63,635 bases of DNA from a virus (taxonomy: Duplodnaviria > Caudoviricetes): positions 1-63,635 of IMG/VR virus record IMGVR_UViG_3300017734_000002, one strand, 5' to 3'. This document shows positions 1 to 8,793 of the stretch, piece after piece (position 1 is the stretch's first letter; the number at the start of each line of letters is the position of its first letter). A model generated the notes under the pieces. The model was not told the origin of the DNA. It searched no databases and saw only the letters and a program-made list of their open reading frames with translations. The position numbers were made by a program, and so were the translations under genes.

Positions 1-593
1 CAACCAATTTTTAAATTCAGTCTGTAAGCAATCATTTTTTGCAATGATGAGAATTGATACTGATCATTACAGAAACCGTACCAGATGTCATTAGAACGCA
101 TATAGACAGACATACACAGTTCATCGTTTATAATTGTGAATTGAATTGCGTATGTACAAGGGGTGTCCTTCTTGTATTTGTCATATTCTTTAGCGTCATA
201 TATGCTTATAGCAGCATGTCTAGTATTAGGGTTAGTTTTAAGCTTAGCACAAACATAATCTATTTGACAGTTACGTTTCCACTGATAGCCATAATTACTA
301 TTTACCTCTCTTTTACTGTTAGCCATGCGCTCCCATATAGGTGGTATTTTACCATATAATTCACCAAGCTTGTCAATACTAGGATCACCAGATAAATACC
401 ATTGCCATTCAGCTTCAGCATACTCTAAACTCCATTTACGTTGTTTGTTTTTTATATGATTATCTTCAGGATTTAATATATAAAAACCACAGTTAAATAT
501 AGCTTTTGTATTATCAAAGTCTATACCACTTATAATAACCTCATCAAGTAAAGCCTCGTATGCTTCATCTGCGTTGTGAAATTTATTTCTCAT
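1..593 (-). CDS. Thymidylate synthase-family enzyme, possibly dCMP hydroxymethylase/methylase (3' end cut by window edge; absent from the ORF track)
   Basis: Manual translation from ATG at 593: MRNKFHNADEAY...WYLSG...NSNYGYQW...DTPCTY...MRSNDIWYGFCNDQYQF; catalytic PC and RSxD motifs of the TS fold. Confidence 0.85.
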   Translation of the reverse strand, partial: MRNKFHNADEAYEALLDEVIISGIDFDNTKAIFNCGFYILNPEDNHIKNKQRKWSLEYAEAEWQWYLSGDPSIDKLGELYGKIPPIWERMANSKREVNSNYGYQWKRNCQIDYVCAKLKTNPNTRHAAISIYDAKEYDKYKKDTPCTYAIQFTIINDELCMSVYMRSNDIWYGFCNDQYQFSSLQKMIAYRLNLKIG

Positions 594-828
594 ATTTGTT
601 GTAATAGTATTTATAAAACTCATACATCTTAATCCATATCGTGTCTTTGCTATACACGTCCGGCGATCTATTAGTTTTCTTGTTAATCTCTATATCTAGA
701 TGCCACGTTGCTTCTCCAGTTGCAAACGGGGATATATATATTCCATTGTTTATACACCACCGATACGCCACACGCTCCGTTGACGTAGGCAAATAGCTTC
801 CCATTGATTGTTTCTTTATTCTTGGCAT
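583..828 (-). CDS. Hypothetical protein
   Basis: 81-aa ORF tightly coupled between primase-helicase and the TS-family gene. Confidence 0.7.
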   Translation of the reverse strand: MPRIKKQSMGSYLPTSTERVAYRWCINNGIYISPFATGEATWHLDIEINKKTNRSPDVYSKDTIWIKMYEFYKYYYNKYEK

Positions 829-2547
829 TTATTCCCATGGCATTGGTTCGTCATTAATACCTATTGGTTCATGAGGTATAAAACAACCTGATTTATGTTC
901 CCATTTAAAATGAGCTTCGGCACCGTTTTCACCTAAGTTCTGAAACTTAACTTTTAAAACTTTAGCTTTAACTGTTTTAGCCTCATAATCTCTGTGAACT
1001 AATATACCGTGATAACTAGCATCATACCATTCGCCACCACCTTTTATATTATACATTGTTGGCTCTTCAATTTTACCATCTTTGTCTTTGTACATTTTAG
1101 TTGGGTGAGCCACAATAAATACTAACACATCAAACTTCTTTGCAAAAGTTTCTATTTTAGTTAAATACTCCATTGTGTAACGGTTAACATCTTCTGTCTT
1201 ACAGTCTACGTCTCTAATTTTATTAAAAGGATCAATGACTAAGCATTTAATACCTTTACGTTTAACTAGTTCAGCGCCTTTGCGTAGTACAGATTCTAAT
1301 GTATAACGCTCCATGTCAATAAAGAAATAATTATCATTAACATGGCTAGCTATGTTGTTCCATTTATCAGTATGTATATCTGCTGATGTTGGCATACCTT
1401 CCCATGTCTTACGCATTAGCTTATGAGCGTGTAAATACGTAGGAGCATTTTCTGGTGATGCAAAAGCTGTTTTCCAACTATAATTACGGTTGTAACCTAC
1501 AACCATTTGGTCAACAAAATCAGACTTACCGCTACTAGGTATGCCAGTAACAGTAATAAACTGACCGGTGTACGTACTAAAAATGTTGTCAAAGTTTTCC
1601 AAGCCGACTTGATACCCTTTCTTAAATCCGTTACGAACAAAATCTGTGACTTCGTCTTCGATATCTTTGAACGTTGTAACGTTTTCGAGCGGTACTGGTC
1701 GTGATTGAGAAATACGCTCTGCCAGTTTTTCTTTGCCATGTTTTATTAAGTATTCATTAGCGTCTTTACAATCGTCAAACGATGCTAAGTAACAAACTTC
1801 AGCTCCAAGTCTACGGACTAATTCTGATTGTAGTGCTTGTCCTGCTTCATCTGAGTCAACAGCTAATATTATTTTTTCTTTATCCTCAAAATAATCTATA
1901 CAATTATCAAGGTAGTCAAGGTTGTTTGAATTTAATGTTGCACCATTAGGAACTGATATACTGTTAGGTATACCAGCTTCATGTAGTGCTAACACATCCA
2001 TTTCACCTTCGGTTATAATACAATATTCATAACCTACTATGCTATTTATATTATAGAATACTTTTTCAGCACCCTTATATAATTTAAAGTTCTTTCTACC
2101 ATCGCGATACTTAATGTTAATAAGTTGATCGCCCATGAAATAATTGAACTTTATAGCGTTCTCGGTTTTACCGGTCTGAGGCATATACTCAGAGCCTTGA
2201 GTAACTTTACAGTCAAGCAAGGTCTCTGGTGATATCCCTCTAGTTTCAAACCATTTCAATACTTTGTCATCTGCTAGTTCCGGGTATTCAGGATCTGGTT
2301 GTACAGGTCTAGCGTATTCTTTTTCACTAGCTCCTTTACGTTGATAACTATGCAACTGAAATGAAGTGTTACAATTATGACAAGTTCCGAGACCACGTTC
2401 CCAATCATAAGACGCGCATTTTGCCTTTTGATTCTTGGGTTTTCTATCGTGAGAACAAAGAGGACATATGCCCTGCTTTTTTCCCTCTTCAAGCTTATAT
2501 TGATTGAAATCATCAATCAAGAATCCATTGATCTCTACTGTCTGCAT
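829..2547 (-). CDS. DNA primase-helicase (T7 gp4/Twinkle-like)
   Basis: Zn finger CPLC..CHNC, TOPRIM EGEMD and DSD, Walker A GIPSSGKS, SF4 helicase motifs (VIDP, VAHP). Confidence 0.93.
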   Translation of the reverse strand: MQTVEINGFLIDDFNQYKLEEGKKQGICPLCSHDRKPKNQKAKCASYDWERGLGTCHNCNTSFQLHSYQRKGASEKEYARPVQPDPEYPELADDKVLKWFETRGISPETLLDCKVTQGSEYMPQTGKTENAIKFNYFMGDQLINIKYRDGRKNFKLYKGAEKVFYNINSIVGYEYCIITEGEMDVLALHEAGIPNSISVPNGATLNSNNLDYLDNCIDYFEDKEKIILAVDSDEAGQALQSELVRRLGAEVCYLASFDDCKDANEYLIKHGKEKLAERISQSRPVPLENVTTFKDIEDEVTDFVRNGFKKGYQVGLENFDNIFSTYTGQFITVTGIPSSGKSDFVDQMVVGYNRNYSWKTAFASPENAPTYLHAHKLMRKTWEGMPTSADIHTDKWNNIASHVNDNYFFIDMERYTLESVLRKGAELVKRKGIKCLVIDPFNKIRDVDCKTEDVNRYTMEYLTKIETFAKKFDVLVFIVAHPTKMYKDKDGKIEEPTMYNIKGGGEWYDASYHGILVHRDYEAKTVKAKVLKVKFQNLGENGAEAHFKWEHKSGCFIPHEPIGINDEPMPWE

Positions 2548-2565
2548 TTAATTTAATTTAAGTCA

Positions 2566-2637
2566 TTAATCTTCAATTAACGTTATATTACCGTCATCGT
2601 CTTTGACTATACTTATATAGTCATCTTCTTCCCACAT
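2566..2637 (-). CDS. Small acidic peptide (23 aa)
   Basis: MWEEDDYISIVKDDDGNITLIED; start overlaps the SSB stop (TAATG). Confidence 0.4.
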   Translation of the reverse strand: MWEEDDYISIVKDDDGNITLIED

Positions 2638-2942
2638 TAAAACGGTAAATCATCTACCGGTGCCGCGGCTGGTACTGCTTGTGGTTGATCTTGTCTAGGA
2701 GCAACAGCAACATTGTCACCGTTAGTCCATACAACCTGAACATTACCCAAGTACGTTTTAGCTGTTTTAGCTTCGCGTTCTTCTTTTGTCTGAGCAACTA
2801 CTACGGGACCTTGATTACCGAACTGATCGACTTCATCATTTAAGGTTATAGTAATTGGTAAGTATTTACCTTTTTTACCATCGATAACTTTTGATTTATC
2901 TATGTTACTAAGGTTAATACTTGTTTTAATTATACTTGCCAT
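2637..2942 (-). CDS. Single-stranded DNA-binding protein (Bacteroidota phage type)
   Basis: Beta-rich core and acidic C-terminal DDLPF tail; replication context. Confidence 0.75.
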   Translation of the reverse strand: MASIIKTSINLSNIDKSKVIDGKKGKYLPITITLNDEVDQFGNQGPVVVAQTKEEREAKTAKTYLGNVQVVWTNGDNVAVAPRQDQPQAVPAAAPVDDLPF

Positions 2943-2943
2943 A

Positions 2944-3123
2944 TTATGCGTATTGATTTATTTGGTTAAACATCCTTTGCATTTGTTCTTTTGTAGCTCC
3001 GGTAGTTCTTCTTAAGTTGTCTACAGCTTTTACATGTGTTTGATTCTTGTAAAAATTGTTTGTTGAAGTTTCTAATCCTGTTACGCTACAAACTTGTGTT
3101 TGGTTTTTTCTGGTTCTTGCCAT
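2944..3123 (-). CDS. Hypothetical protein (59 aa)
   Basis: MARTRKNQTQVCSVTGLET...NQYA fills the gap between exonuclease and SSB exactly. Confidence 0.65.
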   Translation of the reverse strand: MARTRKNQTQVCSVTGLETSTNNFYKNQTHVKAVDNLRRTTGATKEQMQRMFNQINQYA

Positions 3124-3125
3124 AA

Positions 3126-3857
3126 TTAAAGGGTTTTATTAATAAAATATTGTGTAGGATCAAAGCCTTCAGACTTATAAAATAATTCATAAGCCTGCAC
3201 TGCTCTTTCGACTTTGTCCTTACCACGTTCGTAAAATTGCGGTGAGCAGTCAAATATACCTATTTGGCTCGTGTTTTTATCAATGGCAATAAATACCATT
3301 TCATAACCAAATAGTTTACTATAAATATAAGCTTGTGAGTCGTAATTGTATTTAGATGCTGAATATCTAAACTTATTAAGATCCGCTGTTGTCTTCAAAT
3401 CAACTACTAGCTTTTCTTCGTGGTTTATAATATCAGCTTTACCTTTCCACATACAACCTTCAAGCTCTGTAATGCCAGGTTTTTCATACTCGTTTGTTGA
3501 GTTTCTAATTAAGTCGTGACATATTTTATTAGCTAACATTTTATCTGTTAGTTTTTCTATGTTATCAACTTCATGCTGTAGTAAACATAGTTCACCACCT
3601 GACATCTCTTTATATGCCTTTGTGTTTCTAGTTGTAGCTTCTATAATCTTAAACTTTTTAAGTTTATCAGGTTCTAGAATAGCTGTGTGGAAATAACCAC
3701 CAACTAAAAACGCGGGTCTAGCTTCAGAAGCTTTACCAAGGTTTAAAGGATTTGTAAGTAAAGTACTAATGTCTGAGTTACTAAGGTATTTCTTACCGAA
3801 ATCACCATAGTAGTTCTCATCATTACGTAGCTTTTCAATTACAGTTTTTTTGTTCAT
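3126..3857 (-). CDS. PD-(D/E)XK exonuclease (RecE/DUF3799-like)
   Basis: KGKADI..VVDLKTT..YNYDSQAYIY motifs; adjacent to ERF. Confidence 0.8.
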   Translation of the reverse strand: MNKKTVIEKLRNDENYYGDFGKKYLSNSDISTLLTNPLNLGKASEARPAFLVGGYFHTAILEPDKLKKFKIIEATTRNTKAYKEMSGGELCLLQHEVDNIEKLTDKMLANKICHDLIRNSTNEYEKPGITELEGCMWKGKADIINHEEKLVVDLKTTADLNKFRYSASKYNYDSQAYIYSKLFGYEMVFIAIDKNTSQIGIFDCSPQFYERGKDKVERAVQAYELFYKSEGFDPTQYFINKTL

Positions 3858-3858
3858 A

Positions 3859-4407
3859 TTATAACGTGTTTAACGCTCCTTCTATTTCTTGAGATAGAGC
3901 ATATTTAGCTTTTATAGCTGCTACTTTACCACCTGCTGTTACATATTGAACCGCTTTTTCATAAGCTGGATCTTTTTTAGAGGTTAAAGTTGGTTTTTTT
4001 GGCTCAAACTTTTTCTTGCCGTGATCATTCGTGGCATCACTGTCCGCTGTATCATCAATTAAAAACAAATTACCTAACGCGTACTTTTTTGCATACGAAG
4101 ACGCTGAGCCAAATTGTTGAGGCACGTTCATACCTTTTTGATTTAGATCAACACCAACGATTGCAATAGCGTGTATAGCATTTTCGCCATCAGATACAGT
4201 TGCCGTTGTTTGCATTATAGGCATATTGTGGTTGTCGATTAGTTCTTCATTAATCGTTACTGATACTCCTAACTCTAATAGAAAGGGTTTTGTTGCTTCG
4301 AGAATGTCTTCGGCTGATCTGAAGTAGTATTTGCCGAATGAATTAAATCTTGATTTTTTAGATTTAAATTTTGTCTGGATCGTTGCCAGTTTTTCATTTA
4401 TGGTCAT
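3859..4407 (-). CDS. ERF-family single-strand annealing protein
   Basis: YYFRSAEDIL and QQFGSASSYAKKYAL..LF.I.D..DSD ERF signature. Confidence 0.88.
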   Translation of the reverse strand: MTINEKLATIQTKFKSKKSRFNSFGKYYFRSAEDILEATKPFLLELGVSVTINEELIDNHNMPIMQTTATVSDGENAIHAIAIVGVDLNQKGMNVPQQFGSASSYAKKYALGNLFLIDDTADSDATNDHGKKKFEPKKPTLTSKKDPAYEKAVQYVTAGGKVAAIKAKYALSQEIEGALNTL

Positions 4408-4432
4408 ATGGTTTATTCTTTTGGTCTATATA

Positions 4433-4446
4433 TATAATCACATATA
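4433..4446 (-). promoter_or_regulatory. Putative middle/late phage promoter TATATGTGATTATA
   Basis: Identical 14-mer upstream of erf (minus strand) and at 14187-14200 upstream of the late operon (plus strand). Confidence 0.5.
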
Positions 4447-4480
4447 AACGTTAATAATTAAATTTTAATTTTCGCTTAAC

Positions 4481-5239
4481 TTACAGGTAATCAAGCACTT
4501 GCGAGTGATCTACACTATCTATTAATTTATCTACAGCTTGCTTTTTTAATTGTGAAACTCTAACATAAGAACTACTACCTTTTATGCCTAGTTTAGAAGC
4601 TATGTCTTTAGCTGAATGCTTGTCACAGTCTAAACCATAACTTAATCTTAGTATATTATATTCAAGTTCCGATAAATGTTTCTTTAACAAGCCTGTTAAG
4701 TATATGTTTAATATTTCTTGATTGTATGGCTCAGATTTATCAGGTATATTATACATAGAGTTTTCATCCATGTTTGGCTTATCATCTATACTTAAAAATA
4801 TACTGTTAAAAAACATAGCAACCATCTTTTCATCTTTACCAAAGTTTTTACGTATTTCATTTAGCTTATGCTCTGGTATACGTATATCACCTCTGTTAAT
4901 ATCAATAGATCTTCTTATTGCTCCTTTGATACGTTTACTAAAAAATGATTTTAATGTTTTTTCATAGTCTTCTGATTTTTCTAAAGTTGGCCAATCTAAC
5001 CTATCTACAGCTCTGGTTAAACCGCCATTACCTGACTGTATTAAATCCATTATTGTCTGCACACCTGAAGCCTGTTGGCTAGTTGAAAACTTTCTAGCTA
5101 AAGATTCTACTAAAGGCATAAACTTAGTTATTAATTGTTCTCTATTACAGTCTTTCCAAGACAAGTGTTCTATTCTAACTAAAGCCTGTTTTAAATCTTC
5201 TTTATACCTTATATAATTCTGTATGTTATATTTCTTCAT
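4481..5239 (-). CDS. Phage sigma-70 family RNA polymerase sigma factor
   Basis: Region 2 (LVESLARKF..DLIQSGNGGLTRAVDR..RIKGAI..IRIP) and region 4 HTH (ILRLSYGL..SAKDIASKLG..VRVSQL). Confidence 0.88.
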   Translation of the reverse strand: MKKYNIQNYIRYKEDLKQALVRIEHLSWKDCNREQLITKFMPLVESLARKFSTSQQASGVQTIMDLIQSGNGGLTRAVDRLDWPTLEKSEDYEKTLKSFFSKRIKGAIRRSIDINRGDIRIPEHKLNEIRKNFGKDEKMVAMFFNSIFLSIDDKPNMDENSMYNIPDKSEPYNQEILNIYLTGLLKKHLSELEYNILRLSYGLDCDKHSAKDIASKLGIKGSSSYVRVSQLKKQAVDKLIDSVDHSQVLDYL

Positions 5240-5840
5240 TTAATATTGCTTTTTCTTTTTTCAGGCAATCATTTAGATTACGCTGTATTGTTCTAGTAGA
5301 ACAGTTTAATAAACCAGCTATTCTACCCCATGTTATTGTTTTACCCATATCGTTTAGATCTAGCATGCATTGATAAATTGCTTCACCATCTACACGACTA
5401 GATCTACCGATAAGCTTGCCAACGATACTCATCTTTTCGTTAGCAGTTAATCCGCTATAGTCTTTAAATATTATCTTACGTATTTTGTTTACAGGTGGTT
5501 CGCCACCATTTTTAAACACATCATTTATCATAGCTTGTAGCTTTTTATCACTTATAAAAAATGTTACAAAACCATTTTCTTTGTTAGCTATAAATTCATA
5601 TACATGCGTAGGTAATAAACCTCTATCTTGATTAAGATAATATAAAACATAAAAATGCCACTTCAAAGATTTATATGTTGTAATCTTTGCTTTACTACGA
5701 AACAAGTGATAGCATTCATATGTACCATTTTCATAGTAACTATATAATGCGGTATCAACCGTAGGTTTATCATTAATAGGATTACACCTATAATTTATTC
5801 TACGATCGTTTAACCATTTCATGTTTCTTTCATATGACAT
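5226..5840 (-). CDS. DNA-binding protein with C-terminal HTH (candidate initiator/regulator)
   Basis: ITWGRIAGLLNCSTRTIQRNL HTH; start codon overlapped by a 43-bp dyad element. Confidence 0.6.
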   Translation of the reverse strand: MSYERNMKWLNDRRINYRCNPINDKPTVDTALYSYYENGTYECYHLFRSKAKITTYKSLKWHFYVLYYLNQDRGLLPTHVYEFIANKENGFVTFFISDKKLQAMINDVFKNGGEPPVNKIRKIIFKDYSGLTANEKMSIVGKLIGRSSRVDGEAIYQCMLDLNDMGKTITWGRIAGLLNCSTRTIQRNLNDCLKKEKAILNEEI

Positions 5841-5877
5841 TAGCCCCTTACTTTATTATCTTTACGGGCTTTTGTCA
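5835..5877. promoter_or_regulatory. 43-bp TGACA-N33-TGTCA dyad element, copy 1
   Basis: tgacattagccccttactttattatctttacgggcttttgtca; aligns without gaps to the reverse complement of 14125-14167. Confidence 0.6.
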
Positions 5878-5957
5878 GCCTCGGTTTAACAAAATTCTTA
5901 ATTTTGGTACGAATACCAAATACGTCTGTTTGCATTAAATGCTTGTATAATTTATTT

Positions 5958-6293
5958 CTACTCATTTATAATTGTTATTTTCACATTATTCCATTTACCA
6001 CCTTTTACATCTTTGTTCACAAGAAAGTCAATGCGGTTTGTCCATCGTTTATTCATACGATCTTCAACAGTCCATGTTCCATCTAACTGTCCTGCTCCTT
6101 GAACACAAACTTTAGCGCCAAACACAAATCCGTGTTGCTCTAAATCTCTAGATACGGCTATCCACCGGTGACCTTGAGGATCAGCTTCATTTATAGTTTT
6201 AAGCGAAGCTGTAGTTAAATAGTCTGCATTGCATTGAGCAGGATCAGCATGGTATATTGTTGCTGTTACTAATATTGATATTAAAAAATTCAT
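5958..6293 (-). CDS. 3D-domain protein (MltA-like, peptidoglycan-acting)
   Basis: VTATIY..IAVSRD..FGAKV..VEDRM..RIDFLV pattern; hydrophobic N-terminus. Confidence 0.75.
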   Translation of the reverse strand: MNFLISILVTATIYHADPAQCNADYLTTASLKTINEADPQGHRWIAVSRDLEQHGFVFGAKVCVQGAGQLDGTWTVEDRMNKRWTNRIDFLVNKDVKGGKWNNVKITIINE

Positions 6294-6768
6294 CTGGTCT
6301 TGTTATTAATTGTTCTGTTTTACCTGCAATTAAGTATTTTTCTTGTTCATAATAATTCCAATAAGCTGTAATGCTACAACCTTCAACTTTGTATTGATCT
6401 GGCATACATTGTGGTGGTTCAACCCATTCATCACCTTGTATATGTGTAGGCGGTATAGATAAAAAATCTCTACATTTAGTAATAGTAAGATGCTCTTTAC
6501 CATATCTTTTTGTATATTCTTTACCAAGAGCAATCATATGGTCATATAACCACATGTAAGTTGTTCTTGATCGTCTAGCCCATACTGTTGAAGGGTGATT
6601 TAAATGTGCTTGCTTGTAAGGTACATTAGTTTTTTGTATTGAACTACCATAACAATGATGAGCTGTACAAAGCATCTGGGCTGATTCTAAGATCATTTTA
6701 ACCACATGCTTATTGTATTGTATCTGTGCAGCTTTAACTGGATCAGAATGTAAATAAAATATATTCAT
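6244..6768 (-). CDS. Pyrimidine-dimer DNA glycosylase-like protein (DenV-related family)
   Basis: MNIFYL..KHVVKMILESAQML..HLNHPSTVW..EYTKRYGKEH..PQCMP motifs. Confidence 0.7.
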   Translation of the reverse strand: MNIFYLHSDPVKAAQIQYNKHVVKMILESAQMLCTAHHCYGSSIQKTNVPYKQAHLNHPSTVWARRSRTTYMWLYDHMIALGKEYTKRYGKEHLTITKCRDFLSIPPTHIQGDEWVEPPQCMPDQYKVEGCSITAYWNYYEQEKYLIAGKTEQLITRPDEFFNINISNSNNIPC

Positions 6769-6871
6769 CTATATCTTTTGTTTTGTAACCTGTTATAGTG
6801 TGCGTCTAATAATATATGAGCAACCTCTTCGCTGATCATATTGTCATTATATAATTTCCATATTGTTTTAC

Positions 6872-7132
6872 TCATACTAATTGGTAATAATAAGATTGGA
6901 ACCTTTCAATTATACCTCTTCCGCTTCTTGTTTGGAAACCATACGAGTGAGTATGAAGTCCTTCAATTGGCTTGTTTTCTATAATTAATAAAAATATATC
7001 CCATGCATTTACTGTTTTAGTATCACCAGATACTTCATTTATAGCGTCAGCGAAAGCATATTTGTCATGCTTCATTGTACCGTAGTTTTCTACGATATAA
7101 TTTTCTATTTTATCTGCTGTTATATTATTCAT
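6872..7132 (-). CDS. Hypothetical protein
   Basis: Likely start MNNITADK at 7132, overlapping the ligase stop. Confidence 0.6.
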   Translation of the reverse strand: MNNITADKIENYIVENYGTMKHDKYAFADAINEVSGDTKTVNAWDIFLLIIENKPIEGLHTHSYGFQTRSGRGIIERFQSYYYQLV

Positions 7133-7964
7133 AATTTCTAAGTGTTTTAAATAGCGGGTGTCTGTAAGAACCTGCTTGTGTTCGTTGAAAATAAGTAAAG
7201 GTAGCACGTTGACCTATGTAGTCATGAACGTTACGTAACATATTTGCTAGATCCTTGTAGGTATAGCCTTTGCCCGGTGGACAACCGAACTTTATACCTT
7301 CGTCATCTTGCATCAGAAACTTACCGAGCGTGCCTGTCCTTTTGCCTTTACCTGCTTCATAACCAATAATAGTTGCTTCAGTATCGCTGAAGTCTTTGAA
7401 TTTCATTAAGTCGTAAGACCTACCGTGTTTGTATAGACCATCTAGCCTTATAATAGAGCCTTCGTAACCTTGATCAAGAAACTCAGCGTGTACATCTCTA
7501 GCATAATTATAACTATCAACAAGCTTTGCAGGTACATACATAACAGTGTGATCAGGAGTATATATACTTGATGTCACAAGTTGTTTCATACGAGTTTTGT
7601 AGCTGTCATATTTGACACCATCAAAGTAATCGTATACGTGAAATTGCACAAGATGTTGAGCGTCTAGTCTATCATCTGCAGTAGGCTTTTGCTTACGAAC
7701 TAATGATATAATCTTTTCAAAATCATTTTTAAGCTTGTGATTGTACAACTCGCCATCGAGTATTACATCTGGGTTTTGCTTAAAAAATGGTATAAGAGCT
7801 AACTCAATATGAGCTAGGTTTTTAAAATGTTTGCCTGTACGAGAGTACGCGCCATCTTTAGTGAAGAGGCAACGAACACCGTCAAGCTTAGCTTGAATAT
7901 ACACAGGTTGAGACCAGTCAACTCTTGACTCGTCAAACTTGTGTGCTAGCATTGGTTTTTGCAT
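7125..7964 (-). CDS. ATP-dependent DNA ligase
   Basis: KLDGVR adenylation motif, LDGELY, YEG, LMKFK, C-terminal OB fold ending RHP. Confidence 0.93.
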   Translation of the reverse strand: MQKPMLAHKFDESRVDWSQPVYIQAKLDGVRCLFTKDGAYSRTGKHFKNLAHIELALIPFFKQNPDVILDGELYNHKLKNDFEKIISLVRKQKPTADDRLDAQHLVQFHVYDYFDGVKYDSYKTRMKQLVTSSIYTPDHTVMYVPAKLVDSYNYARDVHAEFLDQGYEGSIIRLDGLYKHGRSYDLMKFKDFSDTEATIIGYEAGKGKRTGTLGKFLMQDDEGIKFGCPPGKGYTYKDLANMLRNVHDYIGQRATFTYFQRTQAGSYRHPLFKTLRNYE

Positions 7965-7965
7965 A

Positions 7966-8208
7966 TTATTTAAAGTTTTTAAGTTTATTTTCTATTATTT
8001 TTATTTTATCTTGCAATTCTTTGCATTTTTCATAATTTTCTTTTTGAAGATTATAGTCTAGCGCAGTCATAGTTTGAGCTAATTCTGTTAATAGATCTTG
8101 TTCTTCATCTTCGTTAAAAGTGTTTGTTACAATAGCTCCATCAAGTATACCGTCTAACACTAGTTCTGCTACTCTTTGAGCTATTTTTTCAATTTCGTCG
8201 TTTGTCAT
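7966..8208 (-). CDS. Hypothetical protein with UVR-like coiled-coil C-terminus
   Basis: ENYEKCKELQDKI motif; start moved to MTNDEI because the promoter motif overlaps the upstream ATG. Confidence 0.6.
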   Translation of the reverse strand: MTNDEIEKIAQRVAELVLDGILDGAIVTNTFNEDEEQDLLTELAQTMTALDYNLQKENYEKCKELQDKIKIIENKLKNFK

Positions 8209-8212
8209 ATTG

Positions 8213-8245
8213 TTATTATCCAAATGTATTCGTATTTAGTTTGTA
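8213..8245 (-). promoter_or_regulatory. Early promoter-like motif copy 1 (TACAAACTAAATACGA-N8-GGATAATA)
   Basis: One of seven near-identical bipartite motifs, all co-oriented with downstream genes. Confidence 0.75.
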
Positions 8246-8692
8246 TTAGTATCTAGTTTCACCATTTGCAAAATCAGTGTACTCCATGGGGTCTTTTTCG
8301 TCCATATATCTAGATATTATTTTTTCTGGTTTTAGTACAAATACATTTCTACTAGCATATTGGTCATAACAACTAACCCATATATCTTTTTTACCTGTAA
8401 ATATAATATAAGTATATTGGTGATCTATTCTATCTTGTGATTGATATAAGTAGCAACTGTCATAGTACATATCGTGTACAAGTTTGGCAGCTAAGGCGCT
8501 ACCGTCTTGTCTACTGTTAGTATGAAGCCAGTTTGCTATTTCTACACCTTGCCACTCAGGATAACCATCGTGATGTAAATACATGTTTACATAGCTTTTG
8601 TCAGCAAAGAAATCAGGAGGTGCTGCAAAGCCTAACTCGTGATGTTCTGCGTGTTCTCGGTCTACGACCATTGTTAAGTTTCTTGTGCTCAT
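8246..8692 (-). CDS. Conserved phage hypothetical protein
   Basis: MSTR...YLHHDGYP motif typical of phage early proteins. Confidence 0.7.
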   Translation of the reverse strand: MSTRNLTMVVDREHAEHHELGFAAPPDFFADKSYVNMYLHHDGYPEWQGVEIANWLHTNSRQDGSALAAKLVHDMYYDSCYLYQSQDRIDHQYTYIIFTGKKDIWVSCYDQYASRNVFVLKPEKIISRYMDEKDPMEYTDFANGETRY

Positions 8693-8705
8693 AATTTATA
8701 ATTTT

Positions 8706-8781
8706 TGGTGCGCAGGGTGGATTCGAACCACCGACCTCTAGCTTATGAGGCTAGCGAGCTGGCCAACTGCTCTACCGCGCA
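8706..8781 (-). tRNA. tRNA with CAT anticodon (Met or Ile2)
   Basis: Cloverleaf: TGCGCGG/CTGCGCA acceptor, GAGC/GCTC D stem, CTAGC-CTCATAA-GCTAG anticodon arm, GGTGG-TTCGAAT-CCACC T arm. Confidence 0.9.
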
Positions 8782-8793
8782 ATGTGTATAGCA

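Noticed and set aside
54-359. Plus-strand 101-aa ORF
   Set aside because: Antisense shadow of the TS-family gene
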